The notes beneath the pieces were generated by a model. The model ran no database searches. It saw only the letters and a program-made list of their open reading frames with translations, and was not told the origin of the DNA. A program made the translations under genes and the position numbers. DNA of 64,000 nucleotides from Octopus bimaculoides (lineage: Eukaryota), in NCBI RefSeq assembly GCF_001194135.2, contig NC_068996.1, positions 8,099,381 to 8,163,380 of the forward strand, given 5' to 3'. Positions 63,629 to 64,000 of the stretch are shown piece by piece (the stretch's first letter is position 1; every line of letters begins with the position of its first letter).

Positions 63629-63766
63629 GTTACATTATTTACATTATCTACATTTGACGGATATTCGTCCTCATCTTGTTTGTTGTTAACACAACGTTTC
63701 GGCTGATATACCCTCCAGCCTTCATCAGGTGTCTTGGGGAAATTTCGAACCTGGGTTCTCATTCCT
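63629..63766 (-). mobile_element. Inverted terminal repeat (pseudo-LTR) of a Penelope-like element
   Basis: Abuts the PLE RT fragment in opposite orientation, as in 5'-truncated PLE insertions; contains the hammerhead motif. Confidence 0.75.
63688..63733 (-). ncRNA. Minimal type I hammerhead ribozyme (PLE-associated)
   Basis: Minus strand GACAC-CUGAUGA-A-GGCUG-GAGGGUAUAU-CAGCC-GAA-ACGU-U-GUGUU. Stem I GACAC/GUGUU, stem II GGCUG/CAGCC, palindromic ACGU stem III, GUU cleavage triplet. Confidence 0.8.
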
Positions 63767-64000
63767 ATCAATGTTACTCAACACTACAGTAAACTACCAC
63801 ACATGTACGGTCTCCCTAAGATTCACAAGGAAGGTATTCCACTAAGACCTATAGTGAGCTGTAGGGGTTCAGCATGTCATCCACTGAGCCGCTTCTTGGT
63901 GGATATAATCAGTCCATTAGCAGGAAAGTCAACATCATACGTGAAGAATTCCATCCACTTCACAGAATTGATCAAGGATACTCCCATTGAATCCAACCAG
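63767..64000 (+). mobile_element. Penelope-like element reverse transcriptase, 5'-truncated, continues beyond the window
   Basis: Stop-free frame ..HYSKLPHMYGLPKIHKEGIPLRPIVSCRGSACHPLSRFLVDIISPLAGKSTSYVKNSIHFTELIKDTPIESNQ (ATG of MYGLPK at 63803). YGLPKIHK..PLRPIVS..GS..VKNS is the PLE RT signature. Confidence 0.95.

Overview
This is AT-rich, microsatellite-dense eukaryotic DNA with nine N-gaps. The SINE and MITE families look like those of an octopus (coleoid cephalopod) genome; that assignment is inference from memory, not a database result. I recognise no intact host protein-coding gene. Nearly all ORFs in the supplied track are artefacts of microsatellites, N-gaps or SINEs. The window is a mosaic of mobile DNA: a dead mariner transposase (1-358), several RTE and CR1/L2-like LINE fragments, three tRNA-headed SINE families and one RTE-tailed short retroposon family (my labels A, B, D and C), TTAA-flanked piggyBac-type MITEs, hAT and mariner MITEs. 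At the right edge is a Penelope-like element (PLE) whose RT frame is missing from the ORF track because it runs off the window. The most notable signal is a type I hammerhead ribozyme fold in that PLE's inverted terminal repeat (63688-63733, minus strand), plus further hammerhead-like relics at about 33.3, 26.1 and 11.8 kb. Other observations are duplicated exon-like cassettes, several long fold-back hairpins, a CCAAT-box minisatellite, tail/target microhomology at SINE insertions and a strand bias of one retroposon family. Repeat boundaries were read by eye and are approximate unless an exact motif is quoted.
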